Shown in pieces: positions 9,509-18,946 of a stretch of DNA of 64,000 bases (position 1 is the stretch's first letter; every line of letters starts with the position of its first letter). The DNA lies in the NCBI GenBank assembly GCA_037140955.1, contig JBAXDL010000002.1, positions 105,846 to 169,845 of the forward strand. The letters are read 5' to 3'. The notes beneath the pieces were generated by a model. The model ran no database searches. It worked only from the letters and a program-made list of their open reading frames with translations, and was not told the DNA's origin. Made by a program: the position numbers and the translations under genes. This stretch comes from a bacterium (GTDB taxonomy: Bacteria; Patescibacteriota; Minisyncoccia; Moranbacterales; GWC2-37-73).

Positions 9509-10987
9509 ATGAATGAATTAGGATTAAACGACATTCTCAAGGCGCTTCGAACCAAGCCTTCTGACCAAAGAATAAAAGTCATCACTTTGGCTTATGAATT
9601 TGCCATGGAGGCACACAAGGGGCAATTGCGTCGTTCTGGAGAAGACTATTTCCAACATCCTATTTCTGTTGCAATAATCTTGGCACAACTTGGCATGGGC
9701 GGAAAAACAATTACAGCTGGCCTTTTGCATGATGTGCCCGAGGACACCAGTGCAACACTTGCTGATGTTGAGAAAAAATTTGGCAGCGAAATTGCTGCCA
9801 TGGTTGATGGTGTGACCAAATTGGGAAAAATAAAACTGCGCGGCTCACATGAAGAATATTTTTTGGAAAATTTGCGCAAGATGATTCTTGCTATGGCTTC
9901 TGACATTCGAGTTGTCATCATCAAACTTGCTGATCGTTTGCACAACATGCGCACACTCGAATTCAATCCACCAGACAAACAGCAACGCATTGCCAGGGAA
10001 ACAATGAAGGTTTTTGCCTCCATTGCCAACAGACTTGGAATGGGAGAAATAAAATCACAATTGCAAGATCTGTCTTTTCAATATTTGGACCCAGAAAATT
10101 ACAAACTAACAGCACAGTTGGAAGAAACTCACTACAAAGAAAAAGAAAAATACGTCTTGCAAGCAATCAAGGAAATTGAGATTGAAATGAAAAAAGAAGG
10201 AGTTGCTATCATTGAAACAAGCGGGAGAGCCAAGAGTCTGTTCAGTCTTTTTCAAAAATTGCAAAAACATGACATGGACATCACCCAAATTTATGACTTG
10301 GCTGCAGTGCGCATCATTGTGCAAGAAGTGACTGATTGTTATGAAACACTAGGAATCGTGCATAAAAAATATCGCCCCATGATCGGGAGAATCAAGGATT
10401 ACATTTCACTTCCAAAACCAAATGGATATCAATCAATCCACACTACGGTTTTTGGGCCAGATGGAAAAATCATTGAAATTCAAATAAGAACACAAAAAAT
10501 GCATTCTGAAGCTGAATTTGGAATCGCTTCTCATTGGCTTTACAGTGAAAGCAAGAAGAAAAATTGGAAAGATTATATTTTCAAAAAGAAAAAAAGTTTG
10601 CCCGAAAAAGAAATTGAATGGGTCAAGCAACTTCGCGAATGGCAAAATGAAATCGGTAGAGACGATGAAGAATTCATGCAAAGTTTGCAAATTGATTTTT
10701 TCAAAAATCACATTTTTGCCTTCACGCCTATGGGCGACATCATTGACTTACCAGAAGAAGCAACTCCGATTGATTTTGCCTATGCAATTCACGGTGAAAT
10801 AGGAAATCATGCCACTGGCGCAAAAATAAACAACAAAATGGTGCCACTCGATCAACACATCAAAAACGGAGAAGTGGTTGAAATCCTAACCTCCAAAGAT
10901 CGCAAAACACCAAATGCTGATTGGTTGAAATTTGTGAAAACATCAGTTGCAAAATCACACATCAAAAGAGAATTAAGAAAAGAATAA
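9509..10987 (+). CDS. relA: RelA/SpoT family (p)ppGpp synthetase/hydrolase (HD, synthetase and TGS domains; no ZFD/ACT)
   Basis: HKGQLRRSGEDY, LLHDVPED, KLADRLHNMRT, RIKDYI..PKPNGYQSIHT, EIQIRT; TGS motif TPIDFAYAIH. Confidence 0.92.
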   Translation: MNELGLNDILKALRTKPSDQRIKVITLAYEFAMEAHKGQLRRSGEDYFQHPISVAIILAQLGMGGKTITAGLLHDVPEDTSATLADVEKKFGSEIAAMVDGVTKLGKIKLRGSHEEYFLENLRKMILAMASDIRVVIIKLADRLHNMRTLEFNPPDKQQRIARETMKVFASIANRLGMGEIKSQLQDLSFQYLDPENYKLTAQLEETHYKEKEKYVLQAIKEIEIEMKKEGVAIIETSGRAKSLFSLFQKLQKHDMDITQIYDLAAVRIIVQEVTDCYETLGIVHKKYRPMIGRIKDYISLPKPNGYQSIHTTVFGPDGKIIEIQIRTQKMHSEAEFGIASHWLYSESKKKNWKDYIFKKKKSLPEKEIEWVKQLREWQNEIGRDDEEFMQSLQIDFFKNHIFAFTPMGDIIDLPEEATPIDFAYAIHGEIGNHATGAKINNKMVPLDQHIKNGEVVEILTSKDRKTPNADWLKFVKTSVAKSHIKRELRKE

Positions 10988-11008
10988 AAAGTATTTTGAT
11001 GCTCATAA

Positions 11009-11043
11009 AATAAAAAATCTTTCAAGTGAAAGATTTTTTATTT
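11009..11043. terminator. Bidirectional terminator between relA and parB
   Basis: aataaaaaatctttcaagtgaaagattttttatt inverted repeat between convergent genes. Confidence 0.7.
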
Positions 11044-11056
11044 GTTTTGATTTTAT

Positions 11057-11974
11057 CTATTGAACGATTTTTCCCAACAGAGAACTAAGATCTTCTTGTG
11101 AGTAATATTCAATCACAATCTTTCCCCCATCGCCAGCTTTGGAAATTTTCACCTTTGTTCCTAGCTTTTCAATCAGATTATTTTCCATTTCTTTTGTTTG
11201 CGGATCAATATTTTTGTGTCTTTCGTATGATTTTACTGAAACTTCTTTGGCTTTTTCTTCAACCTGTCTTACAGTCAAATTGCTTTTCAAAATCAATTCA
11301 TACATCGCTCTTTGTTTTTCTGGATTTGAAAGTGACAAAATTGCCTTGGCATGACCTTCGGTGATTTTTTGTTCAATCAAACCTTTTTGAACTTCAATTG
11401 GCAATCCCAAAAGACGCATTTTGTTTGCCACCAAGCTTCTTGATTTACCCATTTTTGTTGCAATTTCTTCTTGACTCATCTCCCAATCGGCTGCCAGTTT
11501 TTGATATGACATCGCCTCTTCAATTGCGTTCAAATCATGCCTTTGAATGTTTTCAATGATCGCCAGTTCCAATTTTTGCAAATCAGTTGCTTCGCGGATG
11601 ATCACCGGCACTTTTTTGAGGCCAATTAATTTTGAAGCCTGAAAACGTCTTTCTCCAGCAATAAGTTCATACAAATTTCCTTTTTTAGTAACAATAAGAG
11701 GCTGAATGATGCCGTGAATCTTGATTGATTGAGCCAAATTTTGCAATTTTTCCTCGTCAAATTGAACCCTTGGTTGAGATGGATTTGCCACAATTTGATT
11801 CACATCAACTTCAATGACATATTTGTCACCACGAATTGATTCGTCGCTAATGTTTCTGGATTGAGTAGCAATAGCTACTTGCTCTTCAATTACTTGTGCT
11901 TGATTATCCTCATCAGGTTGTTTGTTTGGAATAAGAGATGAAAGACCTCTTCCAAGTCCGAATTGTTGACTCAT
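11057..11974 (-). CDS. parB: ParB/Spo0J chromosome partitioning protein
   Basis: GLGRGLSSLI N-terminus, NPSQPR, LIAGERR, AIIENIQRHDLN, HTH; start taken at MSQQF. Confidence 0.95.
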   Translation of the reverse strand: MSQQFGLGRGLSSLIPNKQPDEDNQAQVIEEQVAIATQSRNISDESIRGDKYVIEVDVNQIVANPSQPRVQFDEEKLQNLAQSIKIHGIIQPLIVTKKGNLYELIAGERRFQASKLIGLKKVPVIIREATDLQKLELAIIENIQRHDLNAIEEAMSYQKLAADWEMSQEEIATKMGKSRSLVANKMRLLGLPIEVQKGLIEQKITEGHAKAILSLSNPEKQRAMYELILKSNLTVRQVEEKAKEVSVKSYERHKNIDPQTKEMENNLIEKLGTKVKISKAGDGGKIVIEYYSQEDLSSLLGKIVQ

Positions 11975-12037
11975 AATACAATCAATCTTAAATTTTAATT
12001 TATATATTGAATTTACAAACAATTAAATATTTGCAAC

Positions 12038-12124
12038 ATCTGCAGGTGGATATTGTTTTTTTGCGGCTTCCGTGTGAACGAAGTGAACGAAAGGCAAGCA
12101 AAAAAATAATATTCACGTGCAGAT
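12038..12124 (+). repeat. R1 hairpin repeat, copy 3 (between parA and parB)
   Basis: Same core; outer stem atctgca...tgcagat. Confidence 0.9.
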
Positions 12125-12148
12125 AATAAAACAAATACCAAAGCATCA

Positions 12149-12937
12149 TCACATCTGATTTCTAATTCTTTCAGCTTCATCGCGAGCAATGATTTCCTTG
12201 ACCAAATTTTTGTATGATCGGGCTCCCTTTGAGAGACTGTCAAAACTCAGAATTGATTTTCCATAACTGGGCGCTTCAGCCAAACGAACTGAGCGAGGAA
12301 TCACACTTTCAAAAACATGACCTGGAAAATGATTGCGCATTTCCTTGACAACTTGCCTAGAAAGACGGTTGCGACGATCATACATGGTCAAAACAGCCCC
12401 CATAATCTTCAATTTTGGCTGCAAATGCTTTTGGACCAATTCAATTGTTGAAAGAAGTTGGCTCAATCCCTCCAGGGCATAATATTCAGTTTGCACTGGA
12501 ATCAAAACCTCATCACTGGCCACAAGCCCATTAATCGTCAACAAACCGAGGCTAGGAGGACTATCGATAAGAATATAGTCATATTCAGTGCGTATTTGCC
12601 GCAGCACGTCATAGAGCTTAAATTCGCGATTATCAAAATGAACCATTTCGACGCCAGCACCTGCCAACTCTTGCGAAGATGGCATCAGGTCATGACCAGC
12701 AGCTTCAGCCCGAATGATGACATTATGAGGATGATCACCACCAACCAGCGTGTTATACAAACCCTTTTCAAGGTTACGAATATCAATTCCCAAACCAGAA
12801 GAGGCATTGCCTTGCGGGTCAAGATCGACAAGCAAAACAGACTTCCCCATGGAAGAAAGGTAGGTTGCAACATTGGTCGCAGTTGTTGTTTTTCCAACTC
12901 CCCCTTTTTGATTTATAAGTGAAATTATTTTAGCCAT
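12149..12937 (-). CDS. parA: ParA/Soj ATPase
   Basis: NQKGGVGKTTT Walker A, DLDPQGNASSGLG, IDSPPSLGLLT, IPRSVRLAEAPSYG. Confidence 0.96.
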   Translation of the reverse strand: MAKIISLINQKGGVGKTTTATNVATYLSSMGKSVLLVDLDPQGNASSGLGIDIRNLEKGLYNTLVGGDHPHNVIIRAEAAGHDLMPSSQELAGAGVEMVHFDNREFKLYDVLRQIRTEYDYILIDSPPSLGLLTINGLVASDEVLIPVQTEYYALEGLSQLLSTIELVQKHLQPKLKIMGAVLTMYDRRNRLSRQVVKEMRNHFPGHVFESVIPRSVRLAEAPSYGKSILSFDSLSKGARSYKNLVKEIIARDEAERIRNQM

Positions 12938-12987
12938 ATTTTTTCGATTTGTCTTTTATCTTTTGTCTATTTGACTATAATAGCACA

Positions 12988-13016
12988 TTGACAATTAGCA
13001 ATCAATAACTTATCAT
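12988..13016 (+). promoter_or_regulatory. sigma70 promoter for tRNA-Leu
   Basis: TTGACA-17 bp-TATCAT. Confidence 0.6.
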
Positions 13017-13062
13017 AAAAAAAGCATTGACTCTTGAAATACACACTATTTCAAGGAAAAAT

Positions 13063-13144
13063 GCCCAAGTGGTGGAATTGGTATACACGCACGACTCAAA
13101 ATCGTGTGGCGCAAGTCATAAGAGTTCGAGTCTCTTCTTGGGCA
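13063..13144 (+). tRNA. tRNA-Leu (anticodon CAA), no encoded CCA
   Basis: Acceptor GCCCAAG/CTTGGGC, D-loop GGAATTGGTAT, anticodon arm CACGA-CTCAAAA-TCGTG, long variable arm, TTCGAG T-loop. Confidence 0.95.
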
Positions 13145-13153
13145 CCCAATCTT

Positions 13154-13227
13154 AAAAAATCCACTTCGATGTGGATTTTTTATTTAGAAAAGAAAAAGGG
13201 CGCAGTCAATTTTTTGACTGCGCCCTT
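13154..13227. terminator. Two adjacent terminator hairpins (tRNA and convergent carbonic anhydrase gene)
   Basis: aaaaaatccac-ttcgat-gtggattttt and aagggcgcagtcaa-tttt-ttgactgcgccctt. Confidence 0.7.
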
Positions 13228-13241
13228 AATGAAATAACAAC

Positions 13242-13847
13242 TCAAATTGTTTCGTGATGCTTACGCCTCTCTTGGTATATCTTAACCAAATGCTTGTTCT
13301 TGTCCACAACTGTTTTGTTGAACCCTTTTTGTTGTTCATTAACCATAGGTAAGCTGTCGGCAATGGATTGACAATCAACTACCATACCTGATCGCACAAA
13401 ACGATTAGAGTCAACTATAACGTTTTCAACAATCGCACCATGTCCAATATAGCAATTTCTGCCAACAATCGAATTATGCACAATCGCATGAAAACCAACA
13501 AATGTCTTTTTACCAATGGCTGTTGGACCATGAATAGTTGCTCGATGAGCAATTGTACAATGAGATCCAATCAACACGGAATACTTGTGACCATGTTCGT
13601 CTTCGACATATTCATTGTGTAGTCCGTGAATAATCACAGAATCCTGAATGTTGGTACCCTTGCAAATCTTAAATGGCGAACCCTCATCAGCCCTAATTGA
13701 AACATGTGGACAGACTATCACGTGATCCTCCAATTCAACCTTGCCGGTTATTCGAGCCGAACGACTAATGTAGCAATTTTCATCGTTATAGCTTGGATTA
13801 CCGAAAAACTCATCATCGTAAAATACTACTCCCTTTTTTGATTGCAT
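13242..13847 (-). CDS. Gamma-class carbonic anhydrase, Cam/CcmM N-terminal-domain-like
   Basis: Hexapeptide repeats; IRADEG, NIQDSVIIH, IAHRATIHGP (three metal-binding His) and a C-terminal helix with VVDKN; GGGAGG SD and TTGACG-17-TAAAGT promoter (13943-13971). Confidence 0.88.
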   Translation of the reverse strand: MQSKKGVVFYDDEFFGNPSYNDENCYISRSARITGKVELEDHVIVCPHVSIRADEGSPFKICKGTNIQDSVIIHGLHNEYVEDEHGHKYSVLIGSHCTIAHRATIHGPTAIGKKTFVGFHAIVHNSIVGRNCYIGHGAIVENVIVDSNRFVRSGMVVDCQSIADSLPMVNEQQKGFNKTVVDKNKHLVKIYQERRKHHETI

Positions 13848-14040
13848 TTTTACTACCTCCCGGTTTTTGATGAACGTTGGTTTGACTTTCTTTGAAATTT
13901 TTAAGCTACCTTAGTTATTCATGGTTTCATGCACAACTATAAACTTTACTCCTAACATCTATTTTCGTCAATATATTTTCAAGCAACGAAATAAAGGCAT
14001 TATTTTGCCATTTTATAGCCAAAATAAGCCATAATTTTAC

Positions 14041-14074
14041 AAAAATAGACCCATCAAAAGATAGGTCTATTTTT
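14041..14074 (-). terminator. Terminator of the Ehr/hyf operon
   Basis: aaaaatagacc-catcaaaagata-ggtctattttt. Confidence 0.65.
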
Positions 14075-14092
14075 CAAAAAGTGCATAACTTA

Positions 14093-15652
14093 CTATAAGT
14101 CAGTTCCCGAATATGAAAGATTTAAGCTTTTGTTGATCAGTGGAAAGTCAGGCACGATGTTTCCTGGTCCCATGATTCCAAACAAAGCCCAATTGCAAAA
14201 TGATGGATCACGCGGAAAGCATCTTTCAATCACACAATTTTTAATTTCCAAAGCACAAAGAACTTCACCTCTCCATGACTCAACTGCGCCAAGAGCAAAA
14301 CCATCTTTGATCTGGAAAGTTGATTTCGTTTCACCCTCTGGAATGTTTTTGACAATTTTTTCAATCAATTCCATTGTTGCATCAAGTTCATTGATGCGCA
14401 TGAGATATCTGGCATGCACATCACCTTTCTGCGCACTAGCAACAACAACTGGAAATTTTTCGTAGCAAGCATAGGCATGATCTCTTCTGGTGTCACGATC
14501 AAGGCCTGAGGCGCGAGCTGCTATTCCAAGTGCGCCCAATGCCTTTGCCGCATCAAGTGGAAGCACACCGGTTGTTTGCAAGCGATCAAGAAAACCATCT
14601 GACTCTAAAGCCAATGTCACTATTTTTTTCATTTCAATCCAAGCCTCATTTCCAATTGTAAAAAGTTTTTCTAACTTCTCAGGTGATAAATCAAATTCAA
14701 CTCCGCCGGGAATTATATATCCCCTCCAAAAACGATTGCCAAAAACTTCATCAGAAACACGCATTAATCTTTCCTTGATGCGAAAACCATTGGCAGCAAT
14801 GAAACTATATCCAGTTCCCATTCCTCCAATGTTGGCCAAGTCATGAATATGCATGGTCAACCTTTCAAGTTCGCAAACAAGCATGCGTAGCATTTGAGCC
14901 CTCTGCGAAACAACTGTTCCAGCAATTTTTTCAGCCGCTTGAACATATGCTAGAGCGTGAGCTGCTGCCATGTCGCCAGAAAGTCTTTCCACAAACGGAA
15001 GAGCATTTTCCACGATCTTCCCTTCAAGTAATTTTTCAACGCCCTTGTGGGTGAAAAATAATTTTCCTTCCAAGGTTAAGATTCTTTCGCCAGCAACATT
15101 GAAACGAAAATGCCCTGGTTCAATTATTCCAGCATGAATAGGGCCCACTGGAATCTCATAGATTCCCTCTCCAGAGACATGATGCATTGGATATTCCACA
15201 TTGGCTTTTTCCATTTTCTTGTTCCAGGCAAAATCTTTTCTGAGTGGAAACTGACCAACTGGCACATTTTCATGTGAAACCAAGCGACGCGGATCAGGAT
15301 GTCCCTCGGCAATGATGCCAAACATATCTTGCATATAGCGCTCATACCAATGTGCGGCCATTATTGTAGCTGTTAGTGCTGGATATTTTGGATTATTTTC
15401 TGGCAAAGCAGCAGAAAGATTCAGCCACTCGCCTGTTTTATCATTTCCAAAAATAACATGCACGCCAAAAGATTCATTTTCTTTTCGATCATCACTGCCG
15501 TACAAAAGCGACAAAAACAAACCATGAGCCTCAACAAGAACAGTTGAAATTCTTGCAAAATCACTGCTTTCAACAGTTGCCACGGTTGTGTCATTTTTAA
15601 TTTCAACAACTTTTATTTCCGGAAAAATTTTAATTATTTCTGATATTTTCAT
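14093..15652 (-). CDS. Ehr/HyfG(HycE)-like large subunit (NuoC+NuoD homologue) without NiFe ligands
   Basis: HWYERYMQDMFG..GHPDPRRL, VGPIHAGIIEPGHFRF, HKGVEK, ERLSGD in place of RxCxxC, and a C-terminus DFPLINKSLNLSYSGTDL with no DPCxxC. Confidence 0.9.
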   Translation of the reverse strand: MKISEIIKIFPEIKVVEIKNDTTVATVESSDFARISTVLVEAHGLFLSLLYGSDDRKENESFGVHVIFGNDKTGEWLNLSAALPENNPKYPALTATIMAAHWYERYMQDMFGIIAEGHPDPRRLVSHENVPVGQFPLRKDFAWNKKMEKANVEYPMHHVSGEGIYEIPVGPIHAGIIEPGHFRFNVAGERILTLEGKLFFTHKGVEKLLEGKIVENALPFVERLSGDMAAAHALAYVQAAEKIAGTVVSQRAQMLRMLVCELERLTMHIHDLANIGGMGTGYSFIAANGFRIKERLMRVSDEVFGNRFWRGYIIPGGVEFDLSPEKLEKLFTIGNEAWIEMKKIVTLALESDGFLDRLQTTGVLPLDAAKALGALGIAARASGLDRDTRRDHAYACYEKFPVVVASAQKGDVHARYLMRINELDATMELIEKIVKNIPEGETKSTFQIKDGFALGAVESWRGEVLCALEIKNCVIERCFPRDPSFCNWALFGIMGPGNIVPDFPLINKSLNLSYSGTDL

Positions 15653-15656
15653 TTGA

Positions 15657-17132
15657 TTATTTTGAGATATAAATAATATTTCTAGCAATCAAATCAATAA
15701 ATTTGACTCCATTTGGAGATGACAAAAAGAAAGTCAAGCAAATGATAATAACCAATTCCAAGGTCATCACTGAATGCGTAATATTCCATTTTTCCCTCTT
15801 TTGGTTTTGCTCATTTTCATTTCCACCAAAAAACATTCCAATGGTTGATCTCAGCATGGCAAAAGAAATCACACTGAGTGCTATCATGATCAAAATAGAA
15901 AGAAATGGATGCAGCAAGAAAGCATTAGCAAAAATCATATATTCACTAACAAACAAAACTGAAGGCGGCAAAGCGATGATAGACAAAATTCCCAGCAAGA
16001 ATAATATTGCAGTAAACGGAGCTCTCTTCAACAATCCTTGAACTTTGGATGTTTGCGTTGTCTGATAGTTTGTCAGAATCTCGCCAGCTCCAAAAAACAA
16101 CATTGATTTTGAAAAAGTGTGTCCAATCATATGCACCACAGCAGCAATAGCACCCACTGGAGAAAGAGCAAGTGCAAAAGTTATAATCCCCATATGCTCA
16201 ACACTAGAATAGGCTAGCATACGCTTGTAGTTGCTCTGCACCAACATCATGAAAGCAGGAATGACAATTGAAATAAAACCAAAAAACAAAAACAAGTGTC
16301 CAGTCCACTCATTGCTGCCAAGAGAAAGATCAGTAATGAACCTGAAACGAATAATTCCATATAGCGCAATGTTCAAAAGAATACCAGAGAAAAGTCCAGA
16401 AATTGGAGATGGTGCATTACTGTGCGCATCAGGAAGCCAAATGTGCATTGGAACCAAACCAAGTTTTGCACCAAAGCCAACAAAAATGAAAACAAAAGCC
16501 CATCTGATGATGTCGATTGAAATCAAATGTGCATTTTGAGCAAGTGCTGTCAGGGTGAAAATGTCACCACCAGTGACACCACCAATTGAGGCGCCATAAC
16601 CAAACAACAAAATTCCCAACAAACCAAGACTGATGCCTGTTGAACAAATAATAATATATTTCCAAGCAGCTTCAGCTGAAGTCTTCTTGCGATACAATCC
16701 AACCAAAAATGTTGATGACAAGGTTGTGCCTTCGAGTGCCATCCAGAGCAAGAGCGAATTGTTTGCAATCACAGTAAGCAGCATACACAAAGCAAAAACA
16801 TGAAACAAAGAAAAATACAATTTCAAGTCTCCAATTGAAATTATTTTTTCCTCATGTTCATGTCCAATATACCTGACACTGACAACAGCAGCACTGATAT
16901 ATAAAAAGGCCACCAATGAAACCATCAGAGCTGAAAAATTGTCCATCAGCCAAACAGAATTTGACCAAGAGCTGCTCATTTGAAAAAGCACAGGGAGCGA
17001 CATGGAAAAAACTGAAAGTCCGCCAACAATAGCAAGGATTGTGGTGCTCAAAAGAATCTGCTTTTTTTTGTTTGAAAAAATTGCAACAGCGGCGGCAGCA
17101 AGAACAGTGATGATTGTGATGATTGGTGTCAT
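15657..17132 (-). CDS. HyfF-like antiporter (NuoL/M/N, MrpD family) membrane subunit
   Basis: About 14 TM segments; WMALEGTTL, EAAWKY, KLGLVPMHIWLPDAH, KRMLAYSSVEHMG. Confidence 0.9.
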   Translation of the reverse strand: MTPIITIITVLAAAAVAIFSNKKKQILLSTTILAIVGGLSVFSMSLPVLFQMSSSWSNSVWLMDNFSALMVSLVAFLYISAAVVSVRYIGHEHEEKIISIGDLKLYFSLFHVFALCMLLTVIANNSLLLWMALEGTTLSSTFLVGLYRKKTSAEAAWKYIIICSTGISLGLLGILLFGYGASIGGVTGGDIFTLTALAQNAHLISIDIIRWAFVFIFVGFGAKLGLVPMHIWLPDAHSNAPSPISGLFSGILLNIALYGIIRFRFITDLSLGSNEWTGHLFLFFGFISIVIPAFMMLVQSNYKRMLAYSSVEHMGIITFALALSPVGAIAAVVHMIGHTFSKSMLFFGAGEILTNYQTTQTSKVQGLLKRAPFTAILFLLGILSIIALPPSVLFVSEYMIFANAFLLHPFLSILIMIALSVISFAMLRSTIGMFFGGNENEQNQKREKWNITHSVMTLELVIIICLTFFLSSPNGVKFIDLIARNIIYISK

Positions 17133-17156
17133 AATATTTAAATATTTAAGTTGGTA

Positions 17157-18755
17157 TTATTCAGTTAAATTACGCAAATCCTCAGTGTCAGAGCTTCCAT
17201 AAAATTCTCTAATTCTTGAACCTAAAATGGACAAAATAAACGCACTAGCAACAATAATAACAAAAACTCCAAGTTCAATCAGCAGTGGCAATGACTTGAC
17301 CGTCACCAAAGTGAAAACAGTCAGACCATTTTCCATGATTAGCAATCCAAGGATTTGTGAGAAGATGTTGCGATGCACAATCATCGTTGCAAGTCCAAGT
17401 CCAATCAAAGCAATTGAGGCATATAGCAAAGTGTCAAATTCTACCATACCAAGAATTGGAGTATGCTTCATAATATAGAAAGTTGCACCCAAAATTAGCA
17501 CCACCACGAAATAACTAGTTGCTGGCCTCAAAAATGATGGTGAGCTGATCAATTCCTTATGTTTTCTTTGTGCATATTTGATCACTATTGGCACAAGGAT
17601 TGTCTTGATCAAAATTGTTACCAAGGCAAACAACCACAAATGCTTCATTTCACTTTTTTCCACCACAAAAGAAAGTCCAAAGGCAATACCAGCAATGCAG
17701 AATGAAGAAAATGCATAGTATCGAAGCATGACTTGAGCCCTAGCTCTACCAAAAATTAAAATCACAAAAAACACTGAAAGTGCAGCAAAAATGGTGTGAT
17801 ATTGAATGTCAACTTTCACAAAAGATGCAAAGAGCGCAATCAGCATGCCAAACATGGCAGTGAAAAATGCAATCGACATAAACTCTTGCATGCGATAAAA
17901 TCTCATCTTCACTACTGTTGATTCAAGTAGTGCGAGCAATCCCATACAAACCAAAACCTTTGCAATTGCAAAGAAAATCGCAAGCACAAGTGCACCAATT
18001 CCAAAACTACTTGCAGCAATAACGGTTCCAGGAAAAATAAAATTAGAAAGCAAAATTGCAAAAATAGTCATTTTCAGAGCACTGGCATATTCCAACATTG
18101 CCAAATATGGACCAGAATATTCCAAGATCATGGCTTCATGCACCATCGTCAGCTCAAGATGTGTTGCTGGGTTATCCACTGGATATCTAGCATTTTCTGC
18201 CAATGTCACTAAGAAAAAAGCAAACACCGAAAGCAGTAGATATGGATGAGCGAAAACAAGTGGTTGCCCAACAAGTCCATCAATGGCAAATGTTCCACCA
18301 ACGAAACTCATAGCAGCAAAAACCATGATGATTATTGGTTCAACCAAAGCAGCGATCGTCATTTCGCGACTAGAACCCATCCCACCAAAAGCACTGCCTG
18401 GATCAAGACCACCAAGCACCAAGAAAATAGAGCCTATCATCAAAATTCCAGCCACAACCAAAAAATCACTAGCACTTGCCAACTTCCCTCCAACAAACAT
18501 CAATGGCAAAATAAAAGCCAAGGAAAGTGTTGTTGAAAGAACCACATATGGAACAGCGCGGAAAACCCAAGAAGCACTGCTCGAAATCACCATTTGCTTC
18601 TTGAGCAAAGTCGCAAAAGTGTAATATGGCAAAAAAGGAGAAGCGCCCTGCCGCCCTTGCAAACGCGCTTTGCAAAATCGCACCAAGCCGCTGGCAAAAG
18701 GTGCTATCAATAACACGAAAATTCCTTGTAATAATGTTGCTAGAATTGGATTCAT
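17157..18755 (-). CDS. Fused HyfC (NuoH-like) and HyfE membrane subunit
   Basis: N-terminal ARLQGRQG, GSAFGGMGSSRE, AENARYPVDNPATHLELTMVHEAMILEYSG (HyfC); C-terminal IKTILVP...QILGLLIMENG...LPLLIELG (HyfE). Confidence 0.88.
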   Translation of the reverse strand: MNPILATLLQGIFVLLIAPFASGLVRFCKARLQGRQGASPFLPYYTFATLLKKQMVISSSASWVFRAVPYVVLSTTLSLAFILPLMFVGGKLASASDFLVVAGILMIGSIFLVLGGLDPGSAFGGMGSSREMTIAALVEPIIIMVFAAMSFVGGTFAIDGLVGQPLVFAHPYLLLSVFAFFLVTLAENARYPVDNPATHLELTMVHEAMILEYSGPYLAMLEYASALKMTIFAILLSNFIFPGTVIAASSFGIGALVLAIFFAIAKVLVCMGLLALLESTVVKMRFYRMQEFMSIAFFTAMFGMLIALFASFVKVDIQYHTIFAALSVFFVILIFGRARAQVMLRYYAFSSFCIAGIAFGLSFVVEKSEMKHLWLFALVTILIKTILVPIVIKYAQRKHKELISSPSFLRPATSYFVVVLILGATFYIMKHTPILGMVEFDTLLYASIALIGLGLATMIVHRNIFSQILGLLIMENGLTVFTLVTVKSLPLLIELGVFVIIVASAFILSILGSRIREFYGSSDTEDLRNLTE

Positions 18756-18801
18756 AAGGCTTATAATTTATGCGCTTAATTTCTTACAGATAAAAATAAA
18801 A

Positions 18802-18915
18802 GTGAGTGGAGCTATTTCACTCTTTGGCCAATAGCCGGCGACAGCGGCTTCTTGAGCTTTTGGATATTGAGCATTTCATCCAAAAGCGTGCCAAAGAGTG
18901 AAATAGTGAAACGAA
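18802..18915. repeat. R2 three-way-junction element, copy B, inside the Ehr operon
   Basis: Outer stem ctatttcactctttggc/gccaaagagtgaaatag; inner stems agccg/cggct and gcttttggat/atccaaaagc. Confidence 0.75.
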
Positions 18916-18946
18916 CAATTCATTATTGCTAAAGCAAAAAAACAGT

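Noticed and set aside
15266-15281. parS-like site (attttcatgtgaaacc)
   Set aside because: Four mismatches to TGTTTCACGTGAAACA and inside a CDS.
14093-15652. Functional group 4 [NiFe]-hydrogenase or formate hydrogenlyase
   Set aside because: No L1/L2 CxxC motifs, and no hyp maturation or fdh genes in the window.
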